Of a DNA stretch of 64,000 bases, positions 1 to 10,300 are shown in pieces. Position 1 is the stretch's first letter. Each line of letters begins with the position of its first letter. The stretch is from Acidimicrobiales bacterium (lineage in GTDB: Bacteria > Actinomycetota > Acidimicrobiia > Acidimicrobiales > Aldehydirespiratoraceae). Made by a program: the position numbers and the translations under genes. The notes under the pieces were generated by a model. The model was given only the letters and a program-made list of their open reading frames with translations. It made no database searches and was not told the DNA's origin. The stretch spans positions 2,159 through 66,158 of the forward strand of contig JAJCXY010000093.1 in NCBI GenBank assembly GCA_029263215.1, written 5' to 3'.

Positions 1-170
1 GGGTCGATCCCGAGCAGCCCCTCACTGGCGCGTGCCACGGCATTGACGATCTTGTTGACATCGACCGGTTCGAGATTGCCATTGCGCTTTCGCACGCGCA
101 TCGTGGTGGCTGTCTCGGTGGTGGCGGTGTCGTGCTCGACCGCTGAGAGTCGATCCTCCGTTATTGCCAT
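1..170 (-). CDS. ribonucleotide reductase large subunit, N-terminal ATP-cone (partial; gene continues past the left edge)
   Basis: My own minus-strand translation from the ATG at 168-170 gives MAITEDRLSAVEHDTATTETATTMRVRKRNGNLEPVDVNKIVNAVARASEGLLGIDP. The RKRNGxLEPxDxxKI block is the usual opening of an RNR ATP-cone. It is absent from the ORF track because it is truncated to under 60 aa. Confidence 0.5.
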   Translation of the reverse strand, partial: MAITEDRLSAVEHDTATTETATTMRVRKRNGNLEPVDVNKIVNAVARASEGLLGID

Positions 171-265
171 GTGGCTGCCCCTGCTCCCGCGCCGAGACCA
201 CCTGACGAGGATTGGTGGCTCTCGGCTCTACCACCGCCTCGCCCCCACGAGAGTGCGGAGTTGCA

Positions 266-295
266 ATTACAGCCGCGTAATTACACCAACGTCAA
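266..295 (-). promoter_or_regulatory. candidate promoter of the RNR gene (-35 TTGACG, 18-nt spacer, -10 TGTAAT, read on the minus strand)
   Basis: The minus-strand reading is ctcTTGACGttggtgtaattacgcggcTGTAATtgc. The spacer contains the perfect palindrome GTAATTAC. This is hexamer matching by eye only. Confidence 0.2.
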
Positions 296-441
296 GAGCT
301 ACTTCGAACAATCTTCCGATTGTGCTGAATTAAAGGGCTCCTAAACGACGATTCGCGCGGAGCGTGGTTGTGGCGTGATCACCACACGCAGCGCTCGGCT
401 GTCTTCGCGGCGATCCTTGTAGTTTGTTTAGGCTGGTGGGC

Positions 442-918
442 ATGGGCACCGAGAGCACGCGACCAGACCCCGACTGGCTCGACGACACCGAACAACGAGC
501 ATGGCGGGGATGGATCGACTCCTCGCGTCGCATCCAGACAGCCATCGATCGCCAGCTCAAGACCGACACCGGGTTCACACTCGACGACTACGAAGTGCTG
601 GTGCGCTTGAGCGAGGCCGTCGATCACCGGATGCGCATGTCCGACCTCGCCGCGGAGATCACCAATTCTCCGAGTCGACTCTCCCAGCGCATCGACCGCC
701 TCGTCGCCAAGGATGTCGTGCGTCGCACTCGTTGCGGCGACGACGGGAGGGTCTGGTGGGCCGAGCTCACCCCCGAAGGGTTTGCTCGGCTCGAGGTGGC
801 CGCGCCGGGTCACGTCGACGAGGTCAGGCGGGTGTTCACGGATCGGCTCACCGACGTCGAGATCGAGTTCCTCGCCGAGCTGATGCCACGGCTATCGGCC
901 CTCGACGACACGCCCTGA
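442..918 (+). CDS. MarR family transcriptional regulator
   Basis: The winged-helix segment DDYEVLVRLSEAVDHRMRMSDLAAEITNSPSRLSQRIDRLVAKDVVRR is typical of MarR. The ORF opens at TTG 424; the first ATG is at 442. Confidence 0.85.
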   Translation: MGTESTRPDPDWLDDTEQRAWRGWIDSSRRIQTAIDRQLKTDTGFTLDDYEVLVRLSEAVDHRMRMSDLAAEITNSPSRLSQRIDRLVAKDVVRRTRCGDDGRVWWAELTPEGFARLEVAAPGHVDEVRRVFTDRLTDVEIEFLAELMPRLSALDDTP

Positions 919-926
919 CTCGACCG

Positions 927-2150
927 CTACTCAGTGAGCGGTTGGAGGAGTTCGCGGTTGGGTTCGAGTCTCATCTCCAGCACTGAGATCACGCCGCCCG
1001 TAGCGGGGTCGTCGATGATGCTGATCTCGCCCGGATAGCGGTCGAGGACAACGATTTGCTGGGTCCAGGTTGTGTCGGTCACTGCGGGTTCGGTCTCCTC
1101 GATGAATCCATCATCGAAGAAGCTCTCCTCGCCAGGCTGGTAGGTGGTGCCGTCGAGGCCGGTGGAGTAGATGGCTCGAGCCGACTCACCGGAGCCCGGG
1201 GCGAGGCGGTAGGTGTATTCGAGGTCGATGTAGCGGAGCCCTTCGGCGGCGGCGAAGGAATCGGCCGGGCGATCGCGAGTGGAGAAGCGCAGCTCGATCA
1301 GCTGAGCGCCGGGGGCCACGGGAAGAGCGGCGGAGAGCCGATCGAGCATGGGAACGGGAATGAGGTCGGGCACAGAGTCGAGAGTGATCTCGATCTCGTA
1401 ACCGGGTTGGCGGTCGTGGCCGAAGATCATGTCCTCTTCGGCCCAGACTCGGGCCACCACAGGCGTGGCGCCAACGCCCCCCAGGGGAAAGGTGGCGGCG
1501 TTGAGCTGGTAGACGAAATTCACCGACTGGGGGCCACCGGCCCCGCTGCTCGGGTCGCTTATCACCTGACCGGTATTGCGCCAGCCGAGTGCTTCCATGA
1601 CGGGGTCGTAGGTGAGGCGGGTCTCGATCGTGCCCGGCCCTCCCTCGGGGAGTTCGGCATCGATGTCGCCGATCGGTTGGGACGAGATCACCTCATAGCT
1701 CCACTCCCATCGCCAAGTTGGCTCGGTGCTGTCGGCCCGCAGAATCACCGACAGGGTGTGAGGGGTCGAGCCGTCGGGCACGTCGATCTCGATCGGGAAG
1801 CCGATGAGGCGCCGGGCGAGATCGAGGGGATCGCCGGTGCCTTCACCCCACTGCACGATCAGGCCGGGGATGTCGTCGAGCTCGACCGGTGGAGGCGGAT
1901 TACTCACCGGTGCTGAGGTGGTGGTGGATGTGCTCGTGGTGGAACTCGTCGCCGCGTCCTCCGTGACTTCGGGGGTGTCGGCATCGGTAGGAGCATCGGA
2001 ATCGGGCGCACTGGTGGTGGAACTCGTGGACGACGACGTGGAGGTGGTGCTCGAGCTCTCGGCGTTGTCGCCGCCACCGCAGGCCGCGGTGAGCAGGGCC
2101 AGCGAGGCTGCGATCGCAGCGATGGCCGGACGTGATCTGGGGAGAGCCAT
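927..2150 (-). CDS. secreted lipoprotein, function unknown
   Basis: The N-terminus MALPRSRPAIAAIAASLALLTAACGGG is a signal peptide plus lipobox Cys. A long Ser/Thr-rich linker follows. No catalytic motif was recognised. Confidence 0.7.
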   Translation of the reverse strand: MALPRSRPAIAAIAASLALLTAACGGGDNAESSSTTSTSSSTSSTTSAPDSDAPTDADTPEVTEDAATSSTTSTSTTTSAPVSNPPPPVELDDIPGLIVQWGEGTGDPLDLARRLIGFPIEIDVPDGSTPHTLSVILRADSTEPTWRWEWSYEVISSQPIGDIDAELPEGGPGTIETRLTYDPVMEALGWRNTGQVISDPSSGAGGPQSVNFVYQLNAATFPLGGVGATPVVARVWAEEDMIFGHDRQPGYEIEITLDSVPDLIPVPMLDRLSAALPVAPGAQLIELRFSTRDRPADSFAAAEGLRYIDLEYTYRLAPGSGESARAIYSTGLDGTTYQPGEESFFDDGFIEETEPAVTDTTWTQQIVVLDRYPGEISIIDDPATGGVISVLEMRLEPNRELLQPLTE

Positions 2151-2199
2151 CAGGGGAACCTACGGCGGCGGCACAGTTTCGCCATGTCGGGTGAGGGGA

Positions 2200-2655
2200 T
2201 CAGCGAGACTGATCGCGGGGAAGGCGTGCGGTGAGCTCATCGATGTGTTGCAAGAGGCTCGCGATGTGCGCTTGTTGTTGCTCGATGAGTCGCTCGGCTG
2301 TGTGGCGATGGGCCGCCATCTCCATCTCGTATTTTACGGTGAGGGCCTCGAGCGCCGTGAGTGCGGGTGATCTCTCGTCGTCGTCGTCTTCTTCTTCTTC
2401 TTCTTCTTCTTCTTCGGGAGCCTCAGGTGTGTCGAGCTCGAGCTGGCCGGCCGTTTCGCTCGACTCGGTGGACTCGGCCGGGGCCGGAGGATCAGATGGG
2501 ATCGGTGGAGGCGGCCGGCCCGAGTCGCCGTGCTCGAACTCGGGTTCGGGCCGGGGGGCCGATTCGATACGGCGACGAGCGGCGCGTACATGGTCGAGCG
2601 CGAGTTGGCGACGCCGCTCGCTGGTGCTCAGCATTGGCTGGTCGTCATCGGCCAC
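2200..2655 (-). CDS. hypothetical protein with a poly-Glu/Asp tract and a C-terminal helical segment
   Basis: The 151-aa ORF has a GTG start at 2655. It contains EEEEEEEEEDDDD and a heptad-like tail, LIEQQQAHIASLLQHIDELTARL. It is divergent from the AIM24-like gene. Confidence 0.5.
   Translation of the reverse strand: MADDDQPMLSTSERRRQLALDHVRAARRRIESAPRPEPEFEHGDSGRPPPPIPSDPPAPAESTESSETAGQLELDTPEAPEEEEEEEEEDDDDERSPALTALEALTVKYEMEMAAHRHTAERLIEQQQAHIASLLQHIDELTARLPRDQSR
2375..2415. repeat. trinucleotide microsatellite (TCG)4 followed by about 10 x TTC
   Basis: The plus strand reads tcgtcgtcgtcg then tcttcttcttcttcttcttcttcttcttc. It encodes the acidic tract of the minus-strand ORF. Confidence 0.9.
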
Positions 2656-2715
2656 AACCAGAGATTACGGCTCCCGTACGGCCCCCGTCGAGCGACTCTG
2701 GCTACGGTGGGCGAC

Positions 2716-3399
2716 ATGGACATTCAGCTTCGTCACAATCCGTCGTTCTCAGTGGCCCGGGCCGTCCTCGGCCCCGGTGAGGCCATCCGGGCCGAGTCGG
2801 GAGCGATGATGGCCATGGCGGCCGATATCGCCCTCGACGCCAAGATCGAAGGGGGCCTGATGAAGGGCCTCAAGAGGAGTGTGCTCGGCGGCGAGTCCCT
2901 GTTCATCACCACCGCCACCGCCCCCGCTCATGGCGGTTGGATCGATTTCGCGCCGTCATTGCCCGGCGACGTCACCGTCGTCGAGATCACCCCCGACCGG
3001 CCCCTGATGATCCAGAAGGGATCGTTCCTCTGTGCCGAGAACGGCGTGGAGATCGACACCCAGTGGGGCGGGATGAAGAACCTCGTGGGCGGCGAGGGCG
3101 GCTTCCTTCTGAAGGCTTCGGGCCAGGGTCAGGTCGTGCTCTCCACCTATGGGGCGCTCGACCGTTTCGAGCTCGATGCCGGCCAGCGGGTCATCGTCGA
3201 CACCAACCACATGGTTGCCTTCGCGGAGAGCGTCACCATGGAACTCAAGAAGGCCTCGGAGTCCGCATGGAAGTCGATGAAGAGCGGCGAAGGGCTTGTG
3301 TTCGTCTTCACCGGGCCCGGCGAGTTGATGATGCAGTCGCGTAATCCCGACGACATCGTCCGGTATGTGGCGGCCAACATGCCGGGCCAGCGCAACTGA
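2716..3399 (+). CDS. AIM24 / TIGR00266 (DUF124) family protein
   Basis: MDIQLRHNPSFSVARAVLGPGEAIRAESGAMMAMAADI...GGEGGFLLKASGQGQVVLSTYGAL...GEGLVFVFTGPGELMMQSRNP matches my memory of the AIM24 family pattern. The ATG at 2716 lies inside the listed ORF 2530..3399. Confidence 0.75.
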   Translation: MDIQLRHNPSFSVARAVLGPGEAIRAESGAMMAMAADIALDAKIEGGLMKGLKRSVLGGESLFITTATAPAHGGWIDFAPSLPGDVTVVEITPDRPLMIQKGSFLCAENGVEIDTQWGGMKNLVGGEGGFLLKASGQGQVVLSTYGALDRFELDAGQRVIVDTNHMVAFAESVTMELKKASESAWKSMKSGEGLVFVFTGPGELMMQSRNPDDIVRYVAANMPGQRN

Positions 3400-3456
3400 C
3401 CTTGGGTCCGTCGCCTGCCGGCGGAAGCGGAGTCGAAGTCGAGGGGTTTCCAGCGG

Positions 3457-4122
3457 GTGCTGAGAGTCGCCTACCTTGTGGCGTTCGTGGGTCTGGTGGC
3501 GTCGGCGTGCTCGGCCGCGGCCACCGAGCCTGTAGCCGTTCCCGCAGCGACAGCCGCTCCCGAGTCGACGGTTTCGAGCCCGCTGGAGGCGATCGTTCTC
3601 CCCCTCTCGCTGTATGTAGTGCACGACGCCGCCGATGCTGACGGATCGTCATGGTCGTCGCAACGCGACACGGCGAGGCTCCTCGAGATAGCCGAGAGAA
3701 TGGGCGATATCTGGGCCGATGCCAATATCCGGTTCGAGCCGGTAACCGTGGCCACGATCGAGGCACCCACCGAGGCTCTGGTCGACCTCGCCCGCCTCGA
3801 GGCCCGCACCTTCCTCGCCGGCGCCGGAGTGGAGTTCGAGGTCCCAGATCCGGGTGTGCTCAACGGCTTCTATGTGGCTGATCTCGCCGGAGTCAACGGC
3901 TTTGCTCCCAACGGCACCAGGACCTTCTACGTCACCGATCAACCGAGCGTGCACGACGAGCGGGTGTCGAGTCACGAGATCGGCCATCTCCTCGGCCTTC
4001 ACCACGCGCTCGATGACAGCGGCCGGCTCATGTTCGGCGGCACCAACGGGATGGCGCTCACCGACGACGAGATCACGGTGGCTCGCTATTTTGCCAATGG
4101 GATTCTCGATGCGGTTCGCTAG
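3457..4122 (+). CDS. lipoprotein zinc metalloprotease (metzincin-type HExxHxxGxxH)
   Basis: The signal peptide and lipobox are MLRVAYLVAFVGLVASAC. The zinc motif is HEIGHLLGLHH. The start is GTG. Confidence 0.75.
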   Translation: MLRVAYLVAFVGLVASACSAAATEPVAVPAATAAPESTVSSPLEAIVLPLSLYVVHDAADADGSSWSSQRDTARLLEIAERMGDIWADANIRFEPVTVATIEAPTEALVDLARLEARTFLAGAGVEFEVPDPGVLNGFYVADLAGVNGFAPNGTRTFYVTDQPSVHDERVSSHEIGHLLGLHHALDDSGRLMFGGTNGMALTDDEITVARYFANGILDAVR

Positions 4123-4762
4123 AGCCGGATCGTTCACGATTGCCGTTGCTCTCTTTGGCGCGGCGTGCTCATCGGGCGACGGCGACGGATCGGGTTCGAT
4201 CGATGACGCCGTGCCGGTCGCCTCATCGGGTGATCCGGTGGTGGTCGAGAATCAGGGAGGCTCCCTCGAGGGTCACACGCCTCGTGGCTTCGCCGGGATG
4301 GGAACTGGACTGTTCGTCGGCGACAACCTCAACCCTGGATTCCCCGACGGCGACGGAGTGCAGCTCTTCGTCACGTTCGACCTTCCCGACACTTTGGGCT
4401 CCACCGACCGTGTGGTGCTGAGGTCTGACTCGCTCCAAGTGCGCGGAGACCCCTTTGCCGATCTCGGCGTCCTGAGCGCGGCACCCGTCACTTACACAGA
4501 ATTCGGCCCCCACCTCTTCGACATGGAGCTGGATGGTGAACCGATCGGGTGCACCCGCGTGGGCGACTTCTCGATCGAGTGCGATGTCAGCTCAGCCTTC
4601 GGAGCACTTGGCGCACAGGATGGGCAGAACGCGAAACGAGTCCAGTTTCGCCTCCGATTCGATCAGGCCGGCGACCGCGACGGCACCGCCGATCTCGCCA
4701 TGTTCAACCGGGGCGACTCCAACACCAACGAGGCAGGACTGTTCAGGCTCGAGTTCGGCTGA
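4109..4762 (+). CDS. lipoprotein, function unknown
   Basis: An internal ATG at 4109 gives MRFARAGSFTIAVALFGAACSSGDG (signal peptide plus lipobox). It overlaps the upstream stop by 14 nt. Confidence 0.6.
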   Translation: MRFARAGSFTIAVALFGAACSSGDGDGSGSIDDAVPVASSGDPVVVENQGGSLEGHTPRGFAGMGTGLFVGDNLNPGFPDGDGVQLFVTFDLPDTLGSTDRVVLRSDSLQVRGDPFADLGVLSAAPVTYTEFGPHLFDMELDGEPIGCTRVGDFSIECDVSSAFGALGAQDGQNAKRVQFRLRFDQAGDRDGTADLAMFNRGDSNTNEAGLFRLEFG

Positions 4763-6044
4763 GCTCGGGGCTGGCAGGGGGGTGGGTTTCGTACATTCTC
4801 AGGATCACCATCAGGCCGGACAGGGCGGTGAGCGCGGCAACGGCGTAGATGGCGGCCCTGATCGAGATCAGATCGGCCATGATTCCGGCGAAGACGGCGC
4901 CCACCGCGAACCCGAGATCGCGCCAGAGGCGGTAGACGCCGACCGCCCTCGCTCGCCAGCTGGGGTGGGCGACATCGCCGATGGCCGCGAGGAGGGTGGG
5001 ATAGACCATCGCGGTTCCTGCGCCGAGGGTCGCGGCTCCGAGGGCCCAAGGCCAGAACCCTGTGGTGGTGGCCATGATGGCGAGCGCGCCGGCCTGCACG
5101 ATCATCCCGCCGGCGATTAGCGGCTTTCGGCCGATCCGGTCTGAAAGTCCACCGGTGTAGAGCTGGCCGAGTCCCCAAACGGCGGGATAGAGAGCAGCCA
5201 GCACGCCGATTCGCGAGATGCTGAGTCCCTGGTCGGCGAAGTAGATCGGGAACAGGCCCCACGCGAGTCCGTCGTTGAGGTTGTTGACGAGGCCGGCTTG
5301 CGAGCACGAGGAGAGTGCCCGCTCGCGAAAGCTGGTGATGGCGAACACCTCACTGGTGGTGAGTTCTTCGGGCCTGTTGTCGTCGGAGGTCTCGGCGCGG
5401 AGCTGGTTGGCTTCCTGGTGGACGTGATGCTGGGTCTCGCGCACGAACACAACAGAGAGGCCGAGGCCGAGACCGGCGAAGGCGAGGCCGAGGAAGAAGG
5501 GCTCGGGTCTGAGTCCCCAGCGGTCGGCGATGAAGCCGGTGGCGAGAGCGGTGACGGCCACCGCTCCGTAGCCGGCCGCCTCGTTGAGTCCCATGGCGAG
5601 GCCGCGGCGGCGGGGGCCGGCGAGGTCGATCTTCATGATCACCGTGGTCGACCAGGTGAGTCCCTGGTTGACTCCGAGTAGGACGTTGGCGGCGATGACC
5701 CAGCCCCACGTGGGCGCCCATATCAACATCAGGGGCACCGGTATTCCGATCAGCCATCCGGCTATGAGCACCGGCCTACGGCCGTGCCTATCCGAGAGGG
5801 TTCCCGCCACGAAGTTGGTCGCTGCTTTCACCACGCCGAAGGCGGCGATGAATGTGAGGGTGGCGCTGAGAGCGCTCACGCCGAACTCTGCCTCCGCCAA
5901 CAGGGGGAGCACCGTGCGCTCCTGGCCGATCATTCCCCCCACGAGGGCGTTCACCCCGACCAGGAGGGAGAACTGGGCGAGGTTCTCCTTCAGGCCGAGG
6001 CGAGGCCCTTCAGCGGTGTCGGTCGGGCCAGGACTCTCAGCCAT
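4743..6044 (-). CDS. MFS transporter
   Basis: The 433-aa protein has about 12 hydrophobic helices. The loop DRHGRRPVL resembles the MFS signature. Confidence 0.85.
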   Translation of the reverse strand: MAESPGPTDTAEGPRLGLKENLAQFSLLVGVNALVGGMIGQERTVLPLLAEAEFGVSALSATLTFIAAFGVVKAATNFVAGTLSDRHGRRPVLIAGWLIGIPVPLMLIWAPTWGWVIAANVLLGVNQGLTWSTTVIMKIDLAGPRRRGLAMGLNEAAGYGAVAVTALATGFIADRWGLRPEPFFLGLAFAGLGLGLSVVFVRETQHHVHQEANQLRAETSDDNRPEELTTSEVFAITSFRERALSSCSQAGLVNNLNDGLAWGLFPIYFADQGLSISRIGVLAALYPAVWGLGQLYTGGLSDRIGRKPLIAGGMIVQAGALAIMATTTGFWPWALGAATLGAGTAMVYPTLLAAIGDVAHPSWRARAVGVYRLWRDLGFAVGAVFAGIMADLISIRAAIYAVAALTALSGLMVILRMYETHPPASPELSRTRA

Positions 6045-6603
6045 CGAGGTTGATCAGGCACCGACGGGTGCTGCGCTCGGCGCCGAAGAGGAGGACGAAC
6101 ATCATCGAGGGGACGCAGACGCCGGTGACGGCAACGAACGTGGCCAGCGAGCCGAGGGCGATGAGCAGAACAGTGCCGAGGATGCCGAGGCCGACGCTCC
6201 ACGCGATGACCGCGCCGCCGAGCAAGGCTGATCCCACCGCGCAGCCCCATCGCTTGGCGGCCCGATTGGCCGGCATCGCCTGGCGGCCGGTTCGACGGGC
6301 GATGGCGTTGTAGACCGATTCGAACGGGTGGTTGCGGGCCACGACGCCGATGAGTGCGGTGGCGAGGGTAGCGAGCACGAGGGCCATGGATCCGGTGACC
6401 GCGGCGATGAGGCTGAGGATGCCACACGCCGCCGGTGCGAGCTTGTGGGCGAAGGCCGCGGTGCGAGCCGACTCGTCGAGCTTGTCACCGCGCCACCCCT
6501 GGAGCTGAAGCAGATTGGTGCTGCGATCGCGGCCGGGGTCTGTGAGCACCTTCTTGAGCGAAGTGAAGTTGCTGCTGGTGGCGGGAAGGGTGGCGGTGTT
6601 CAT
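6037..6603 (-). CDS. DUF4395-like integral membrane protein
   Basis: The protein has four hydrophobic helices, plus the segments NHPFESVYNAI, RAAKRWGCAVG and VTGVCVPSMMF in an arrangement resembling DUF4395. A GAGGA RBS lies 8 nt upstream of the ATG at 6603. The gene overlaps the MFS start by 8 nt. Confidence 0.5.
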   Translation of the reverse strand: MNTATLPATSSNFTSLKKVLTDPGRDRSTNLLQLQGWRGDKLDESARTAAFAHKLAPAACGILSLIAAVTGSMALVLATLATALIGVVARNHPFESVYNAIARRTGRQAMPANRAAKRWGCAVGSALLGGAVIAWSVGLGILGTVLLIALGSLATFVAVTGVCVPSMMFVLLFGAERSTRRCLINLDG

Positions 6604-6625
6604 CGGGTGATCCTCAAACAAGTAT

Positions 6626-6673
6626 TTGACAAAGAGCGGCTTGATCTTGTCTCAAGACCTCATCCATTGTCAA
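6626..6673. promoter_or_regulatory. candidate operator: inverted repeat TTGACAA (6626-6632) / TTGTCAA (6667-6673) with inner CTTGA...TCAAG (6640-6656)
   Basis: It lies in the 84-nt divergent intergenic region between the DUF4395-like gene and the ArsR-rhodanese gene. This is a symmetry observation only. Confidence 0.2.
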
Positions 6674-6687
6674 GCAGTTCCTTGAAT

Positions 6688-7368
6688 ATGAGTGTTAGTG
6701 TGGCCTTCATGGGAGATCGAGCCGCCAAGAACGCCCTGTTCGATGGGTTTTCCGAGGTCGCCAAGGCCCTCGGTAATGGGCGGCGGGCCGAACTCGTTGA
6801 TGTGTTGGCCCAAGGCGAGCGAAGCGTCGATGATCTCGCCACCGAGATCTCCCAGAGTGTGGCCAACACGTCGTTTCATCTGCGAACCCTCGCCCAGTCG
6901 GGGTTGGTGGCCACTCGTCGCGAAGGCACCAGGGTGTACTACCGGCTCGCGTCAGACCGAGTGAGGGAGCTGTGGGCCGCGATGCGCGACGTCGCCGCCA
7001 CCCACACTGCCGAACTCGACGTGCTCGCGGCGGCATACCTCGGAGATCGTTCCCAGCTCGAGACCATCGACCAGGACGAGCTCACCCAACGCATCGACGA
7101 CGGAAGCGTGGTGGTGATAGATGTGCGCAACTCCACCGAATACGCCGCCGGCCACATCACGGGTGCCCTGTCGATCCCGATCGAAGAGCTGGCCCAAAGG
7201 GTGGACGAACTGGCCGATGATGTGGAGATCGTGGCCTACTGCCGGGGTCCCTACTGTGTCTTTGCCGACGACGCCGTGCGCGTGCTGGCCGACCACGATC
7301 GCAGCGCCCTGCGGTTGCTCGGAGGTTTCCCCGAGTGGCAGGCCGACGACCGGCCCACCAGCACCTGA
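6688..7368 (+). CDS. ArsR family transcriptional regulator fused to a rhodanese domain
   Basis: The ArsR HTH is ELVDVLAQGERSVDDLATEISQSVANTSFHLRTLAQSGLV. The rhodanese part is VVIDVRNSTEYAAGHITGALSIP...VAYCRGPYCV, which carries the active-site Cys loop. The ATG is at 6688. Confidence 0.85.
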   Translation: MSVSVAFMGDRAAKNALFDGFSEVAKALGNGRRAELVDVLAQGERSVDDLATEISQSVANTSFHLRTLAQSGLVATRREGTRVYYRLASDRVRELWAAMRDVAATHTAELDVLAAAYLGDRSQLETIDQDELTQRIDDGSVVVIDVRNSTEYAAGHITGALSIPIEELAQRVDELADDVEIVAYCRGPYCVFADDAVRVLADHDRSALRLLGGFPEWQADDRPTST

Positions 7369-7371
7369 GGG

Positions 7372-10300
7372 TCAGCGGGCAGCGAGCGAGAACTTCAGGA
7401 CCTGATTGTCGATCCTTGCTTCGTGCACGCGGTGTTGGCCGTTGCCGTCGCCGATCGTGATGCTGGTGGCCAGGACCTGTTCGGCGATGTAGGCCTCGTG
7501 GCGGGTAATCGCCGCCGCGACCTTGTCGGCCGGAGAGTCGATCCACACATCGATGCGGTCGGTCACCACGAGATCTTCGGCCTTGCGGGCGTTCTGGATT
7601 TCGCGCACGAGATCGCGAGCGAGTCCTTCCGCGGCCAGTTCGTCGGTGACATCGGTGTCGAGGGTCACCACGGCATCGTTGGAGCGCAGAGCCGCCGCAA
7701 CCACCCCTTCGGGCGACTCCAGAGCCAGTTCGTATTCGTCGGCCGCCAGTACGTGGCCCGCCACGGTGACGGTGCCATCGTCGTTGGCGGTCCAGTTGCC
7801 GCTGCGGGCTCCACCGAACACTGTCTGTACGTCTTTGCCCAGACGAGGGCCGAGCGCCTTGCCATCGGGTCGGAGGATGAAGGTGGCCAGGTCGCCGATC
7901 TCCTCGGTGACCTTCACCGTCTTCACGTTGAGTTCGTCGGCGAGAAGGTCGGCGAAGGGCTCGAGGGTCGACGCGTCGTGTCCGGCCACGGTGACCGACG
8001 CAAGGGGGAGCCGCACCCTCAGACCCTGGTCCTCGCGGAGGCGCAAGCCTGTGGAGGCGACATCTCGCAGGCGGTCCATTGCGGCAACAAGAGCCTCGTC
8101 GTTGGGGTAGGAGTCGAGTGAGGGCCAGTCGGTGAGGTGAACCGATTCGGGTTGGTCGGCATCGGGACCGGTGAGCCCGGCCCAGATCTCCTCGGTGATC
8201 ATGGGCATGAACGGTGCCGCCACCTGGAGAAGGGAAACCAGCACGGTGTAGAGGGTGTCGAGACCCGCATCGTCGGCGTGTCCGCTCTCGGTGCCCCAGA
8301 AACGCCCTCGGCTGCGGCGGATGTACCAGTTGTTGAGGGCATCGATGAAGCTCTGGATCTCCGCGGCCGCACCCGGCAGGTCGTAGGAGTCCATGCGGCC
8401 CTCGACCGATGCGATCAGTGAGCGAGTCTTGGCGAGGATGTAGCGGTCGAGGAGCTCGGTGGAGTCGGTGCGAAACGTGGCGGTGTGGCCCTCGACGTTG
8501 GCGTAGAGCGTGAAGAACGAATAGGCATTCCAGATGGGCAGGATCACCTGGCGCACGACATCGTCGATGCCCTGGTCGGAGATCCGCATGTCGCCACCGC
8601 GCACGATGTTGGCGCCCATGAAATACCAGCGCAGGGCGTCGGACCCCTGGCGGTCGAAGATCAGTTCGGGCTCGGTGTAGTTGCGGAGCTTCTTCGACAG
8701 CTTGGTGCCGTCCTCGGCATTGAGAACGCCATGAACGATCACGTTCTGGAACGCGGGTCGATCGAACAGGGCGCCTGCCAGCACATGAAGCGTGTAGAAC
8801 CAGCCCCGCGACTGGTTGATGTATTCGACGATGAAATCGGCCGGAAAATGCTCGTCGAACCAGTCCTTGTTCTCGAACGGGTAGTGGACCTGGGCGAACG
8901 GCATCGAACCCGACTCGAACCAGCAGTCGAGCACCTCCGGCACCCGCCTCATCATCGACTGGCCGGTGGGGTCGTCGGGGTTGGGCCGAACCAGCTCGTC
9001 GATATAGGGCCGATGGAGGTTGGTGGGCCGATGCCCGAAGGCCTCCTCGAGCTCATCGAGCGAGCCGTACACCTCCGTGCGCGGGTATTCGGGGTTGTCG
9101 CTGATCCAGATCGGGATCGGTGAACCCCAGAAACGGTTGCGGGAGATCGACCAGTCGCGTGCCCCTTCGAGCCACATGCCGAAGCGGCCGTCGCGGATGT
9201 GGTTGGGGACCCAGTTGATCTCCTGGTTGGTTTCCTGCAGGCGGTCGCGGAAGTCGGTGACCTTCACGTACCAGGAAGGCATCGCCTTGTAGATGATGGG
9301 CGTGTCGGTGCGCCAACAGTGGGGGTAGTTGTGGGTGATGCTGTCGTGGCGGACTAGTTGGCCGGTCTCGCGTAGGTGCTTGATGATGCCGGAGTTGGCC
9401 TCGAGCACGTTCTCGCCGGCCCACTCCACCACGTCGTCGGTGAAGCGGCCGGAGTCGTCGACGGGCACGACCATGCCGATGCCCGCTTCTTCTCCGAGGC
9501 GCTGATCGTCCTCACCGAAGCCGGGGGCCATATGGACGACGCCGGTGCCTTCGGTGGTGTCGACGAAGTCGGCGGCGAGCACGACGAACGAGCGGTTGGT
9601 GCCGTGGTGGGCCTGCTCGGGATCGACCTCGGCCATGTCGGCGAAGTAGGGGAACAGGGGCCGGTAGGTGCGGCCGACGAGATCGTGGCCGGTGATGGTG
9701 CCGACCCTCTCGGCATCCTCGAGCTGTTTGGCGTATTTCTCGAGTACTTCCTCGCCGAGGATGTAGCGCGACCCGTCGGCGTCGAGCATGACCGCGTAGT
9801 CGAGATCGGGGCCCACCGCGAGAGCGAGGTTGGAGGGAAGGGTCCACGGGGTGGTGGTCCAGGCAAGGATGGCGACCGCGCCGTCATCGCCCTCGCCTGT
9901 GGGGATGCCGGTGGTGCTATCGAGTTCGAACGCCACGGTGACCGCAGGGTCCTGGCGGGGGCGGGTGGCGTCGTCGAGACGGATTTCGTGGTTGGACAAG
10001 GGGGTTTCGGCGCCCCAGCTGTAGGGCAGCACTCGGTTGGCCTGATAGATGAGGCCCTTGTCCCATAGCTGCTTGAAGGCCCACATCACCGACTCCATGT
10101 AGTCGATGTCCATGGTCTTGTAGTCGTGTTCGAAATCGACCCAGCGAGCCTGGCGGGTAACCGTCTTCTCCCACTCCTTGGTGTATTTCAGCACCGACGT
10201 GCGGCAGTGGTCGTTGAAGCGCTCGATGCCGTATTCGATGATCGATGCCCGCCCCGCCACCGGTAGTTCCTTCTCGGCTTCCATCTCGGCCGGGAGCCCA

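Noticed and set aside
171-423. Cobalamin riboswitch or NrdR boxes in the leader of the RNR gene
   Set aside because: No B12-box-like core was found; the closest is GUCAGGUGGUCUCGGC. The palindromes present are ACAATCTTCCGATTGT at 308-323 and GTAATTAC at 278-285. They do not fit the 16-nt NrdR consensus spacing as I remember it. Only a weak promoter call was kept. Rfam/cmscan and an NrdR PWM scan would settle it.
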